NCBI GenBank assembly: GCA_963716255.1
Contig: OY970303.1
Span: forward strand, 2,976,001-3,040,000
Direction of reading: 5' to 3'
Source of the DNA: an uncultured Gemmatimonadales bacterium
Lineage (GTDB): Bacteria > Gemmatimonadota > Gemmatimonadetes > Longimicrobiales > Longimicrobiaceae
Length of the DNA stretch: 64,000 nucleotides
Shown: positions 41,604 through 51,746 of the stretch, piece by piece
How positions within the stretch are numbered: the stretch's first letter is position 1
Layout: each line of letters starts with the position of its first letter
Program-made: the position numbers and the translations under genes
Notes under the pieces: model-generated
Seen by the model: the letters and a program-made list of their open reading frames with translations, nothing else
Databases searched by the model: none
Told to the model about the DNA's origin: nothing

Positions 41604-44600
41604 TCAGATTTCACGGAGGAGGCGCTGCACCTCCTCCTCGGAAAGTTCGGCGAGCTTCGCCATCTCCTCCTCCATCTCCCACTCCTCCACCCGAGCCGTG
41701 GGCTGGAGCGTGGACACGCGCTCGGCCAGCGCCGCCACGGCGGGCGCCTCGAACAGGACCCGCACCGGCATCTCCACCCCGAACGCCTCGCGCACCCGCG
41801 ACGCCACGCGGGTCGCCAGGAGCGAATGCCCGCCCAGCTCGAAGAAGTCGTCGTGGATCCCCACCGGCCCGGTGCGCAGGACCTCGGCATAGATCGAGGC
41901 CAGCACCTCCTCCAGCGGCGTGCGCGGCGCCACGTACTCGCGTCCCCCGGCGGCGGTGTCCGGCGCGGGGAGGGCGGCGCGGTCGACCTTGCCGTTGGGG
42001 GTGAGCGGAAGCCTGTCCAGCGCCACGAAGGCGGAGGGGACCATGTGCTCCGGCACCCGCTCGCGCAGGTGCGCCCGCAGCGCGGCGGCCTCGGGCGCCG
42101 CGCCCCCGCGGGCCACCACGTACGCCACCAGCCGGTGCGCTCCGCGGCCCGGCTCGTCCTCGCGCGCGACGACCACCGCGTCGCCGACGCCCGGGTGCGC
42201 CCGCAGGGCGGCCTCCACCTCGCCCGGCTCCACGCGGAAGCCGCGGACCTTGACCTGGGCGTCGGTCCGGCCCAGGAACTCCAGATCGCCGCGCGGCAGC
42301 CAGCGCACGCGGTCGCCGGTGCGGTACAGGCGCGCGCCGCTCCCGCCTCGGAACGGGTCGGGGACGAAGCGCGCGGCCGTCAGCTCCGGCCGCCCGCCGT
42401 AGCCGCGGGCCACGCCGGCGCCGCCCACGTACAGCTCGCCGGGGACGCCCACGGGCACCGGCTCCCGCGCGCCGTCCAGCACGTACGCCGCGGTGTTTGC
42501 GACCGGCCGCCCGATGGGCGGAGTCCCGCCGCCCGCCCGGCACGCGGCCGTGGTGGACCAGATGGTGGCCTCGGTGGGGCCGTACAGGTTGAGGAAGCGG
42601 CGCCCCGGGGCCCAGCGGTCCACCAGCTCGGCGGGGCACGCCTCGCCCGCGGTCATCAGCGTGCGCAGCGCGGGGAGGTCGGCGTCGGGGAGGGCGCCCA
42701 GGGCGGAGGGGGAAAGGACCGCGGCGGTGACGCCCTGCTCGCGCAGCAGGCGAACCAGCTCGGGCCCGGGGACGAGCTCGTCCCGCGTCCCCAGGCAGAG
42801 CGCGGCGCCGCTCCCCAGCGCCATCGCGACCTCGAACACCGAGGCGTCGAAGCTGGGCGAGGCGAGCTGGAGCACGCGGTCGCCCGGCCCCACGCCCAGG
42901 TCTCTCACCTGCGCCCGCGCCACGTTGCACAGCCCGTCGTGGGGAACCAGCACGCCCTTGGGGGTGCCGGTGGAGCCGGAGGTGTAGATGACGTACGCCA
43001 GGTTCCCGGGCAACGGCGGGTGCGAAAGCGGCGCGTCCGCCGACTCGCCGGTCTGCGGCGTGCTTCCGGCTTCGTGGTCCGTACCGTCGCTCCCGTCCAG
43101 CAGCACCACCTCGCCCCCGAAGCCGGGAAGCCGCTCCGCCAGCCCCCCGTGCGTCACCGCCACCCGCACCCCCGAGTCGGCGAGCATGAAGGCGAGCCGG
43201 TCCGCGGGGTACTCGGGGTCCAGCGGCACGTACGCGCCGCCCGCCTTGAGGACGCCGAGCAGGGACGCCACCAGCGCGGGCCCGCGCTCCAGGCACACGC
43301 CCACGCGCGCCTCCGGCCCCACGCCCAGCTCCCGCAGGCGGCCGGCGAGGCGGTCGCCCCAGCCGTCCAGCTCGGCGTAGGAGACGGTCCCGGCGGCGGC
43401 GACCAGCGCGGGGGCGTCGGGGGCGAGGCGGGCGTGCGCCTCGAACAGCTCGTGGAAGCAGATGCCGCGCGGCCGGTCGGCCTCGGTGTCGTTCCACCGC
43501 TCCAGCACCTGCGCCCGCTCCTCCGCCGGCATCAGCGGCAGTGCCGCGACCGGCCGCTCCGGCGCGGCGGCGATCCCCTCCAGCAGCACCCGCAGGTGCT
43601 CCGTCATCCGCCCGATCGTCGCCGGCTCCCACAGCGCCGCGCGGTACGACAGCACGCCGCCCAGCCGCCCGCCCTCCTCGGCCAGCACCAGGCTGAGGTC
43701 GAACTTGGCGGTCTCCTCCTCGCGCGACAGCGGCTCCACCTCCACCGCGCCCATCTCCAGCTCGCCCGGCTCGATGTTCTGGAGCGCGAACAGCGCCTGG
43801 AAGATGGGCGTGTAGCGGAGGCTCCGCTCCACGCGCAGCTCCTCCACCAGCTTCTCGAACGGCACCTCCTGGTGCGCGTACGCCCCCAGCGTCATCTCCC
43901 GCACCCGCCCCAGCAGACCCCGGAAGTCCGGCCCGTCCCCCAGCTCCGCACGCAGCGCAAGCGTGTTCACGAACATCCCGATCAACCCCTCCGTCTCCAG
44001 CCGCGTCCGCCCCGCCAGCGGCGTCCCCACCACCACGTCGTCCTGCCCGCTCCACCGCGACAGCAGCGCCTGCCACGCCGCCAGCAGCGTCATGAACAGC
44101 GTCGCCCCCTCCCGCCGAGACAGCTCCGCCAGCGCCCGCGATGCCTCCGCCGACAGCGCGAACGGCTGCGACGCCCCCGCCTCGCTCATCACCGCGGGGC
44201 GCGGACGGTCCGTGGGCACCTCCAGCAGCGGCGGCGCCCCCGCAAGCCGCTCCCGCCACCAGCCCACCTGCCGCTCCAGCGCCTCCCCCGACAGCCAGGC
44301 GCGCTGCCACGCCGCGTAGTCGCCGTACTGGATGGGCAGCGCCGCAAGCCGCGGCGCGGCGCCCCGCGAGAACGCGTCGTACAGCGCCGAGACCTCGCGC
44401 ACCAGCACGCCCAGCGACCACCCGTCCGCGACGATGTGGTGGAGCGTGAACAGCACCGCGTGCTCCTCCGCCCCGGCACGCACGAGCAGTGCGCGCATCA
44501 GCGGCCCGCGCGCCAGGTCGAACGGCCGCAGCGTCTCCTCGCTGATCAGCCGCCGCGTCTCCGCCTCCCGCGCCTCCGCCGGCAGCCCCGACAGGTCGGC

Positions 44601-47600
44601 AACCGGCAGAGTCACGGAAGCGTCGTCGTGGACCACCTGCACGGGCTCGCCGTCCACCACGGAGAAGACGGTGCGCAGGGCCTCGTGCCGGGCCACCAGC
44701 GCCGCCAGGCTGCGCCGCAGCGCGCCCACGTCCAGCGCGCCCCGCAGGCGCAGCGGGTGCGGCATGTTGTAGGCGGCGCTCTCCGGCGCGAACTGGTGGA
44801 TGAACCACAGCCGCTGCTGCGCGAACGACAGCGGCAGCGGCCCCTCGCGGGGAACCGCCACCAGCGGCGGCACTCCGTCGCCGCCCGCGTGCAGCAGCGC
44901 CTCCAGGCGCTCCGCCGTCCCGCCGAGCGTGGGCGCCTCGAAGAGCGTGCGCAGCGGCAGATCCACCCCGAACGCCTCGCGCACCCGCGCCGTCATCCGC
45001 GTCGCCAGCAGCGAGTGCCCGCCCAGCGCGAAGAAGTCGTCCGACGCGCCCACGCGCTCGGCCTTCAGCACTTCCGCCCAGATGCCGGCCAGGATCTCCT
45101 CCGTGGGCGTGCGCGGCGCCACGTACTCCGCCTCCACCGCGGACTCCTCCGGGTCCGGCAGCGCCCGACGATCCAGCTTGCCGTTGGGCAGCAGGGGCAG
45201 CGCCTCCAGCCTCACCCAGCCCGCCGGCACCATGTACGACGGCAGCCGGTCGGCCAGGTACGCGCGCAGATCCGCCGGAGTCGGCTCCGTCGCGTCGGGC
45301 CCGTCGGACGCGACGACGTAGGCGACCAGGCGCGCCTCGCCCGGCCGCGTCTCCCGCGCGACCACCGCCGCCGCTGCGACGGAGGGGTGCACCCGCAGCA
45401 CGGCCTCGATTTCCCCCGGCTCCACGCGGACGCCCTGCACCTTCACCTGCTGGTCCACGCGCCCCAGGAACTCCAGCACCCCGTCGCGATGACGCCGCAC
45501 ACGGTCGCCCACCCGGTACATCCGCGCCCCCGCATCCCCCGAGAACGGGTCCGGGACGAACTTCTCCGCCGTCAGATCCGGCCGCCCCCCGTACCCGCGC
45601 GCCAGCCCCGGCGTCGCGATGTACGCCTCACCCGGCACCCCCAGCGGGGTCGGCTCCAGCTCCGCGTCCAGCACGAAGACGCGCGTGTTCCGGATCGGCA
45701 TGCCCACCGGCGCGATCGGCCACGCCTCCTCGTCCGCCACCGTGTGCAGCGTGGACGACATGGTGCACTCCGTCGCACCCCACTGGTTCACCACCCGCAG
45801 CCCCGACCCGAACACCGCGTGCGCCCGCCGCACGTCCGCCACCGGCAGCGGCTCCCCGCTCGCCAGCAGCAGCCGCAGCGACCCCGCGACCCCGTCCGAC
45901 GCCTCGGCTTCCGCCAGGATCGGCCGCAGCACCGAGGGCACCACCGCCAGGATCGCCGTGACGCCGTGCTCGCGCATGCGCTCCAGCACCCGCCGCGGAT
46001 CGGCCGTCTCCCCCGCGGGGCTCAGCACCAGGCGCGCTCCGACGATCAGCGGCCCCAGCGTCTCCCGGATGGACGCGTCGAACGTCGGCGTCGCCATCTG
46101 CAGCACCGTGTCGCCCTCGCCCAGCCCATATTCCTCCGCCAGGAACGCCAGGTAGTTGGCCGCGCCCCCGTGCGTCGTTAGCACGCCCTTGGGCGTGCCC
46201 GTGGACCCCGAGGTGTAGATGACGTACGCCAGGGTGTCGGGGTCCGCAGACACCGGGCTCGCGGCGGCGGGAGGGCCCCCACCCGGCTCGCTTAGGCTCG
46301 CCACCCTCCCCCAATTCTGGGGGAGGGCTTCCTGTCCCTCGGCTGCGGGCGTGTCGTTGTCGTGCTCCCCCTCCCCCCTTGCGGGGGAGGGGGCGGGGGG
46401 GAGGGGGGTTCGAGACCCGGCAGAATACCCGAACTCAACGCCGCCATGCTCCCCCTCTCCCCTTGTGGGAGAAGGGGCCGGGGGGTGAGGGGTGTCCACC
46501 ACCACGACCTCCCCCCCGAACTCCGGCACCCGCCCGCGCAGCCCCTCGCCCGTCAGCAGCAGCGACGCGCCCGAGTCCTCAACCACCCAGCGCACGCGCT
46601 CGGCGGGGTGCGACGGGTCCAGCGGCACGTACACGGCGCCCGCCTTGAGCACGGCGAGCAGCGACGCCAGCCACTCCGGGCCGCGCTCCAGGAACACCCC
46701 GATCCGCGTCTCCGGAGCGAGGCGGCGGCGCAGCAGGTCGCGGGCGAGACCGCCGGAGCGGCGGTCCAGCTCGGCGTAGCTCCAGGACCCGCCGTCGAAC
46801 ACGGCGGCGACGGCGTGCGGGGTGCGGGCGGCCTGGCGCTCGAACAGGGCGTGGACGGACAGGTGCCGTTGGGGATCGCGCGTGGGGCCGTGCGCGGCCT
46901 CCAGCACACGGGCGCGCTCCGCGGCGTCCATCAGCGGCAGCGCGAGGACCGGGCGCCTGGGGTCGGCGGCGAGGCCGTCCAGGAGGACGCGGAAGTGCTC
47001 CAGCATCCTCTCCACCGTCGCCGGCTCGAACAGGTCCGCGCGGTACGTCAGCGCCCCGCCGATGGTGGTCCCCGTCTCCCCGGCGGTCAGGCTGAGGTCG
47101 AACTTGGCGGCTCCCCCCTCGGACGTCAGCGCTTCCAGGTGCAGCCCGCCCAGCTCCAGGTCGCCCTCCTCCAGGTTCTGGAAGGTGAACATCGCCTGGA
47201 AGAGCGGTGCGTACGCCAGGCTGCGCTCCGGGGCCAGCTCCTCCACCAGCCGCTCGAAGGGCACGTCCTGGTTGGAGTAGGCGCCCAGGGTGGTGTTCTT
47301 GACGCGGCTCAGCAGCTCGCGCCCGCGGGGGTTCCACGACAGCCGGGTCCGCAGGACCAGGGTGTTGACGAAGAAGCCCACCACCCCCTCCAGCTCCAGC
47401 CGGTTGCGCCCGGCGATCCCCGTCCCCACGCTCACGTCGTCCGTGCCGGCGTAGCGCGCCAGCAGGAGCTGCCACGCGGCGAGAAGCCCCATGAACGGCG
47501 TCACGCCTTCGCGCGCGCAGAGCGTCCGCAGCGCCTGCGCCGTCGCCTCGCCGAAGAGGAAGTCGGCGCGCCCCGCCCGCGTGCCGGGCACCGCCGGCCG

Positions 47601-50600
47601 GGGGTGGTCGGTGGGGAGGTCCAGGGTGGATGGCGCGCCCTTCAGCTTTTCGCGCCAGAAGGCGAGCTGCGCCTCCATGCGCGGGCCGGCAAGCCACTCG
47701 CGCTGCCACACGGCGAAGTCCGCGTACTGCACCGGCGGCTCCGGCAGCGGCGACGCCTCGCCGCGCGAAAAGGCCCCGTACAGCGCCGAGAACTCGGCGA
47801 CGAGGATGCCGGTGCTCCAGCCGTCGCTGACGATGTGGTGCACGGTCAGCAGCAGCGCCCAGTCGTCCTCGCCGGCGCGCAGCAGCGCGGTGCGCAGCAG
47901 CGGACCGCGCCGCAGGTCGAAGGGGCGCAGCGACTCGGCGCGCGCCAGCTCCCTGACCCGGCGCTCGCGCGCGTCCCGCGGCAGCCCGCGCAGGTCCACC
48001 ACGGGGAGCGAGACCGGCCGGGCGGGACGGATGTGCTGCACCGCCTGGCCGTCGCTCTCGCCGAAGACGGTGCGCAGCGCCTCGTGCCGCCGCACGATCT
48101 CGGAGAGCGCCCGCCGCAGCGCCCGCACGTCCAGCGCGCCCCGCAGGCGCAGCGGGAACGGCATGTTGTACGCGGGGCTCCCCGGCTCCAGCCGGTCGAT
48201 GAACCACAGCCGCTGCTGCGCGAACGACAGCGGCAGCGCGCTGCGCGGGTCCCGCGGGACACGCCGGATCCCGTCGGCGGGCGGGGCGGGTGCCGCCGGC
48301 CGGGGATCGGACGGCCCGGGATCGGATGGCACGGTCGGCCCGGCCGACGGGTCCGGGCGCGCGGGCGCTCCGGCCTCCGGCTCGGCGGGCGGGGCGGCCA
48401 GCCGCGCGGCCAGCCCGGCGACGGTCGGCGCCTCGAACAGCACGCGCAGCGGCAGCTCGGCCCCGAACGCCTCGCGCACCCGCGACGTCACGCGCGTGGC
48501 CAGCAGCGAGTGCCCGCCCAGCGCGAAGAAGTCGTCGTGCGCACCCACCCGCTCCACCTTCAGCACCTCCGCCCAGATCCCCGCCAGGCGCTCCTCCACC
48601 TCCCCGCGCGGCGCCACGTATTCCGTCCCGCTCCCGGATTCGGGCGCGGGGAGCGCCCGCCGGTCCACCTTGCCCGTCGGCGTCAGCGGAAGCGCCTCCA
48701 GCACCACCACCACCGAGGGTACCATGTACTCCGGGAGACGGCCCTTCAGCCACCCCCGCAGCTCCCCCGCGTCCACCTCCACTCCCTCCGCCGCCACCAC
48801 GTACCCCACCAGACGGCGCTCGCCCCCCTCCTCCCGCACCGCCACCGCCGACTCCCGCACCCACGCGTGCCCCGCCAGCGCAGCCTCCACCTCCCCCGGC
48901 TCGATCCGGAACCCACGCACCTTCACCTGCGCGTCGGTCCGCCCCAGGAACTCCAGCACTCCCTCCGCGCGCCAGCGCACCCGGTCTCCCGAGCGGTACG
49001 CCCGCGCCCCGGGCATCCCGCTGAACGCGTCCGGCACGAACTTCTCCGCCGTCAGCTCGGGCCGCCCGCCGTACCCACGCGCCACCCCCGGCCCCCCGAT
49101 CCACAGCTCCCCCGGCACCCCCTCCGGCTGCGCGTTCCCCGCCGCGTCGCACACGTACACGCGCACGTTCCCCAGCGGCCCCCCGATCCGGTGCCCCTCG
49201 ACCGCTCCCGACGCCGGCACCCGGTACGCGCACGCGAGCACCGCCGCCTCGGTCGGCCCGTACGTCACGTACGCTCCGGCCGACGGGAACGCCTCCCGCA
49301 TCTCCCCCAGCAGCTCCGGCGGCACCGCCTCGCCCCCCACGAACAGGCGCCGCAGCGCCCGGAGCCGAGGCGCCGCGGAACCGGCGGCCTCGCGCACGAT
49401 CTGCCGCATCAGCGCTGGCACCGCGTGCAGCGCCGTCGCGTCCCCCGCCTCCGCCACCAGCCCGGCCGGGTCCATCACCCGCTCCCGCTCCACCAGCCGC
49501 ACCGCCGCCCCCGCGCTCAGCGGCAGCATCGTCTCGAACAGCCAGATGTCGAACGCGCTGCTCGACAGCACCGGCACCACGTCGCCCGCGCCCATCCCGA
49601 ACGCTTCGCGCGCGGCGTGCAGCAGGTTCGACAGGCTCCCGTGCTCCACGTGCACCCCCTTGGGCGCCCCCGTCGAGCCCGAGGTGTAGATGACGTACGC
49701 CAGGTGCCCGGGGGCCACCTCTGCGGGGCCCCCACCCGGCTCGCTTAGGCTCGCCACCCTCCCCCAATTCTGGGGGAGGGCTTCCTGTCCCTCGGCTTCC
49801 GATGTGTCGTGCTCCCCCTCCCCCCTTGCGGGGGAGGGGGCCGGGGGGAGGGGGGTCTCTCCGTCCATCACCACGATCTCGCCCCCGGACTCCGGCACCG
49901 CCGCCGCCGTTTCCGCGCTCGCGACCACCACGCGCAGCGCGGTGTCGCGCGCGATCAGCTCCAGCCGCCCGGCCGGGTAGGCGGGGTCCAGCGGCACGTA
50001 GGCGCCGCCCGCCTTCCAGATCCCCAGCACGCCCGCGACCAGCTCCGGCGTGCGCTCCACGCACAGACCCACCGGCACCTCCGGCCCCACGCCGAGGCCG
50101 CGCAGGCGCGCGGCCAGTGCATCCGCCCGCGCGTCCAGCTCGGCGTAGGTCAGCGCGCCGGCGGCAAAGAGGACCGCCACGGCGTCCGGCGTCCGGGCCG
50201 CCTGCGCGGCGAAGAGCTGGTGCGCGGGGAGCGGCGGGTACTCGCGCGCGGTGTCGTTCCGGGCGACCAGCACGCGCTCGCGCTCCGCCACGTCCATCAG
50301 CTCGATGTCGGCGAGGCGGCGGTCCGGGTCGGCGGCCATGCCGGCGAGCAGCGCCACGAAGTGCCGCGTCATCCGCTGGGCGGTGGCGTCGTCGAACAGG
50401 GCGGCGCGGTAGCCCAGCCGCACCCCGATGTACTCCTCCTCCCAGATCGACAGCTCCAGGTCGAACTTGGTGGTCGACCCCTCGACGTCGATCCCCTCCA
50501 TCTCCAGCTCGCCCAGCCGGAGCGTCTCCTCCTGCACGTTCTGGAGGGCGAAGAGGACCTGGAAGAGCGGCGTGTGGCGGAGCGAGCGCTCCGGGGCCAG

Positions 50601-51731
50601 CTCCTCCACCAGCTTCTCGAAGGGGAGCTCCTGGTGCGCCTGCGCCTCCAGCACGCCCTCGCGCACCCGGGCGAGCAGCGCGCGCCCGGTGGGGTCGCCG
50701 GACAGGTCCGTGCGGAGCACCAGCGTGTTCACGAACATCCCGATCAGGGGCTCCACCTGCACCGACATCCGACCCGCGATGGGCGATCCCACCACCACGT
50801 CGTCCTGGCCCGCGTAGCGCCCCAGCAGCGCCTGCCAGCCGGCCAGGAGCGTCATGAACGGCGTCGCGCCCTCGCGGCGCGACAGCTCCCACACCGCCCG
50901 CGAGGTGCCCTCGCTCAGCTTCGTGGTGTGCTGCTCTCCATGGGGGTCGGCGGCCGGGCCGCGGGGACGGTCGGTGGGGAGCTCCAGGACGGGAGGGGCG
51001 CCCGCCAGGCGGCGGCGCCAGAAGCCGAGCATCTCCTCCAGCCGCGCGCCGGACAGGTGCTCGCGCTGCCACAGGGCGAAGTCCGCGTACTGCACTTCCA
51101 GCTCCGGGAGCGGCGAGGGCAGCCCGGCGGCGAATGCGGTGTACAGCTCGCTCACCTCGCGCACCAGCACGCTCATGCTCCACCCGTCGCTGACGATGTG
51201 GTGCACGCTGAAGAGCATGGCGTGGTCCCGCGCGTCCAGGCGCACCAGCGTGGAGCGCAGCAGGGGCCCGTGGTCCAGCCGGAAGGGGTGGTCGATGTGC
51301 TCCGCGGCCAGCCGCAGCAGCTCGCGCTCGCGCGGCTCCGCGGGGAGGGCGGCCAGGTCCACCAGGGGAAGCGCGTGCGGCGCGGGAGGGCGGACCACCT
51401 GCACCGGCTCGTCCCCGGCGACGCCGACGACGGTGCGCAGCGACTCGTGCCGCCGCACGATCTCGGTGAGGGCGCGGGCGAGGACGCGGGCGTCCAGACG
51501 GCCGCGGAGCCGCAGCGGGGCGGGAAGGTTGTAGGCGGGGCTCCCGGGCTGCATGCGGTCGGTCAGCCAGAGCCGCTGCTGCGCGAACGACAGTGCGACG
51601 GGGCCCTCCGCCGAGCGCGGCCGGATCCGGCCGGCGGCCCGGCGGGCCGCCGCCTTTTCGCGAAGCACCTTTTCCAGCAGCTGGCGCTGCGAGGCGGACA
51701 GCCCGCCGATCCGGTCCTGCAGGTCGCTCAT
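41604..51731 (-). CDS. Trimodular NRPS (C-A-T)x3, 3375 aa
   Basis: ORF with three C, A and T motif sets and docking-like termini. Codes by eye DIFHFGTVLK, DARALSQMSK and DAFVMALIWK. Confidence 0.96.
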   Translation of the reverse strand: MSDLQDRIGGLSASQRQLLEKVLREKAAARRAAGRIRPRSAEGPVALSFAQQRLWLTDRMQPGSPAYNLPAPLRLRGRLDARVLARALTEIVRRHESLRTVVGVAGDEPVQVVRPPAPHALPLVDLAALPAEPRERELLRLAAEHIDHPFRLDHGPLLRSTLVRLDARDHAMLFSVHHIVSDGWSMSVLVREVSELYTAFAAGLPSPLPELEVQYADFALWQREHLSGARLEEMLGFWRRRLAGAPPVLELPTDRPRGPAADPHGEQHTTKLSEGTSRAVWELSRREGATPFMTLLAGWQALLGRYAGQDDVVVGSPIAGRMSVQVEPLIGMFVNTLVLRTDLSGDPTGRALLARVREGVLEAQAHQELPFEKLVEELAPERSLRHTPLFQVLFALQNVQEETLRLGELEMEGIDVEGSTTKFDLELSIWEEEYIGVRLGYRAALFDDATAQRMTRHFVALLAGMAADPDRRLADIELMDVAERERVLVARNDTAREYPPLPAHQLFAAQAARTPDAVAVLFAAGALTYAELDARADALAARLRGLGVGPEVPVGLCVERTPELVAGVLGIWKAGGAYVPLDPAYPAGRLELIARDTALRVVVASAETAAAVPESGGEIVVMDGETPLPPAPSPARGEGEHDTSEAEGQEALPQNWGRVASLSEPGGGPAEVAPGHLAYVIYTSGSTGAPKGVHVEHGSLSNLLHAAREAFGMGAGDVVPVLSSSAFDIWLFETMLPLSAGAAVRLVERERVMDPAGLVAEAGDATALHAVPALMRQIVREAAGSAAPRLRALRRLFVGGEAVPPELLGEMREAFPSAGAYVTYGPTEAAVLACAYRVPASGAVEGHRIGGPLGNVRVYVCDAAGNAQPEGVPGELWIGGPGVARGYGGRPELTAEKFVPDAFSGMPGARAYRSGDRVRWRAEGVLEFLGRTDAQVKVRGFRIEPGEVEAALAGHAWVRESAVAVREEGGERRLVGYVVAAEGVEVDAGELRGWLKGRLPEYMVPSVVVVLEALPLTPTGKVDRRALPAPESGSGTEYVAPRGEVEERLAGIWAEVLKVERVGAHDDFFALGGHSLLATRVTSRVREAFGAELPLRVLFEAPTVAGLAARLAAPPAEPEAGAPARPDPSAGPTVPSDPGPSDPRPAAPAPPADGIRRVPRDPRSALPLSFAQQRLWFIDRLEPGSPAYNMPFPLRLRGALDVRALRRALSEIVRRHEALRTVFGESDGQAVQHIRPARPVSLPVVDLRGLPRDARERRVRELARAESLRPFDLRRGPLLRTALLRAGEDDWALLLTVHHIVSDGWSTGILVAEFSALYGAFSRGEASPLPEPPVQYADFAVWQREWLAGPRMEAQLAFWREKLKGAPSTLDLPTDHPRPAVPGTRAGRADFLFGEATAQALRTLCAREGVTPFMGLLAAWQLLLARYAGTDDVSVGTGIAGRNRLELEGVVGFFVNTLVLRTRLSWNPRGRELLSRVKNTTLGAYSNQDVPFERLVEELAPERSLAYAPLFQAMFTFQNLEEGDLELGGLHLEALTSEGGAAKFDLSLTAGETGTTIGGALTYRADLFEPATVERMLEHFRVLLDGLAADPRRPVLALPLMDAAERARVLEAAHGPTRDPQRHLSVHALFERQAARTPHAVAAVFDGGSWSYAELDRRSGGLARDLLRRRLAPETRIGVFLERGPEWLASLLAVLKAGAVYVPLDPSHPAERVRWVVEDSGASLLLTGEGLRGRVPEFGGEVVVVDTPHPPAPSPTRGEGEHGGVEFGYSAGSRTPLPPAPSPARGEGEHDNDTPAAEGQEALPQNWGRVASLSEPGGGPPAAASPVSADPDTLAYVIYTSGSTGTPKGVLTTHGGAANYLAFLAEEYGLGEGDTVLQMATPTFDASIRETLGPLIVGARLVLSPAGETADPRRVLERMREHGVTAILAVVPSVLRPILAEAEASDGVAGSLRLLLASGEPLPVADVRRAHAVFGSGLRVVNQWGATECTMSSTLHTVADEEAWPIAPVGMPIRNTRVFVLDAELEPTPLGVPGEAYIATPGLARGYGGRPDLTAEKFVPDPFSGDAGARMYRVGDRVRRHRDGVLEFLGRVDQQVKVQGVRVEPGEIEAVLRVHPSVAAAAVVARETRPGEARLVAYVVASDGPDATEPTPADLRAYLADRLPSYMVPAGWVRLEALPLLPNGKLDRRALPDPEESAVEAEYVAPRTPTEEILAGIWAEVLKAERVGASDDFFALGGHSLLATRMTARVREAFGVDLPLRTLFEAPTLGGTAERLEALLHAGGDGVPPLVAVPREGPLPLSFAQQRLWFIHQFAPESAAYNMPHPLRLRGALDVGALRRSLAALVARHEALRTVFSVVDGEPVQVVHDDASVTLPVADLSGLPAEAREAETRRLISEETLRPFDLARGPLMRALLVRAGAEEHAVLFTLHHIVADGWSLGVLVREVSALYDAFSRGAAPRLAALPIQYGDYAAWQRAWLSGEALERQVGWWRERLAGAPPLLEVPTDRPRPAVMSEAGASQPFALSAEASRALAELSRREGATLFMTLLAAWQALLSRWSGQDDVVVGTPLAGRTRLETEGLIGMFVNTLALRAELGDGPDFRGLLGRVREMTLGAYAHQEVPFEKLVEELRVERSLRYTPIFQALFALQNIEPGELEMGAVEVEPLSREEETAKFDLSLVLAEEGGRLGGVLSYRAALWEPATIGRMTEHLRVLLEGIAAAPERPVAALPLMPAEERAQVLERWNDTEADRPRGICFHELFEAHARLAPDAPALVAAAGTVSYAELDGWGDRLAGRLRELGVGPEARVGVCLERGPALVASLLGVLKAGGAYVPLDPEYPADRLAFMLADSGVRVAVTHGGLAERLPGFGGEVVLLDGSDGTDHEAGSTPQTGESADAPLSHPPLPGNLAYVIYTSGSTGTPKGVLVPHDGLCNVARAQVRDLGVGPGDRVLQLASPSFDASVFEVAMALGSGAALCLGTRDELVPGPELVRLLREQGVTAAVLSPSALGALPDADLPALRTLMTAGEACPAELVDRWAPGRRFLNLYGPTEATIWSTTAACRAGGGTPPIGRPVANTAAYVLDGAREPVPVGVPGELYVGGAGVARGYGGRPELTAARFVPDPFRGGSGARLYRTGDRVRWLPRGDLEFLGRTDAQVKVRGFRVEPGEVEAALRAHPGVGDAVVVAREDEPGRGAHRLVAYVVARGGAAPEAAALRAHLRERVPEHMVPSAFVALDRLPLTPNGKVDRAALPAPDTAAGGREYVAPRTPLEEVLASIYAEVLRTGPVGIHDDFFELGGHSLLATRVASRVREAFGVEMPVRVLFEAPAVAALAERVSTLQPTARVEEWEMEEEMAKLAELSEEEVQRLLREI
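43502..47040. repeat. Near-identical duplicated A-T-C segment (other copy ~53603-57025; A-T part also ~8290-10250)
   Basis: Long stretches match by eye at the nucleotide level at a ~10.1 kb offset, e.g. 43502 ccagcacctgcgcccgctcc vs 53603. Translations are near identical. Confidence 0.85.
46276..46492. repeat. Intragenic REP-like triplet (A + B + B')
   Basis: Unit A 46276-46327, unit B 46367-46408, unit B' 46451-46492. Encodes [15 protein letters not shown]...[15 protein letters not shown]...[17 protein letters not shown]. Confidence 0.88.
48400..50355. repeat. Near-identical duplicated A-T segment (other copy ~58417-60378)
   Basis: Nucleotide and protein near-identity ([29 protein letters not shown] through [13 protein letters not shown]) at a ~10.0 kb offset. 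Confidence 0.85.
49729..49855. repeat. Intragenic REP-like inverted doublet (A + B)
   Basis: Same two hairpin units, in frame before [12 protein letters not shown]. Confidence 0.88.
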
Positions 51732-51746
51732 TAAAAAACCGTTCGC

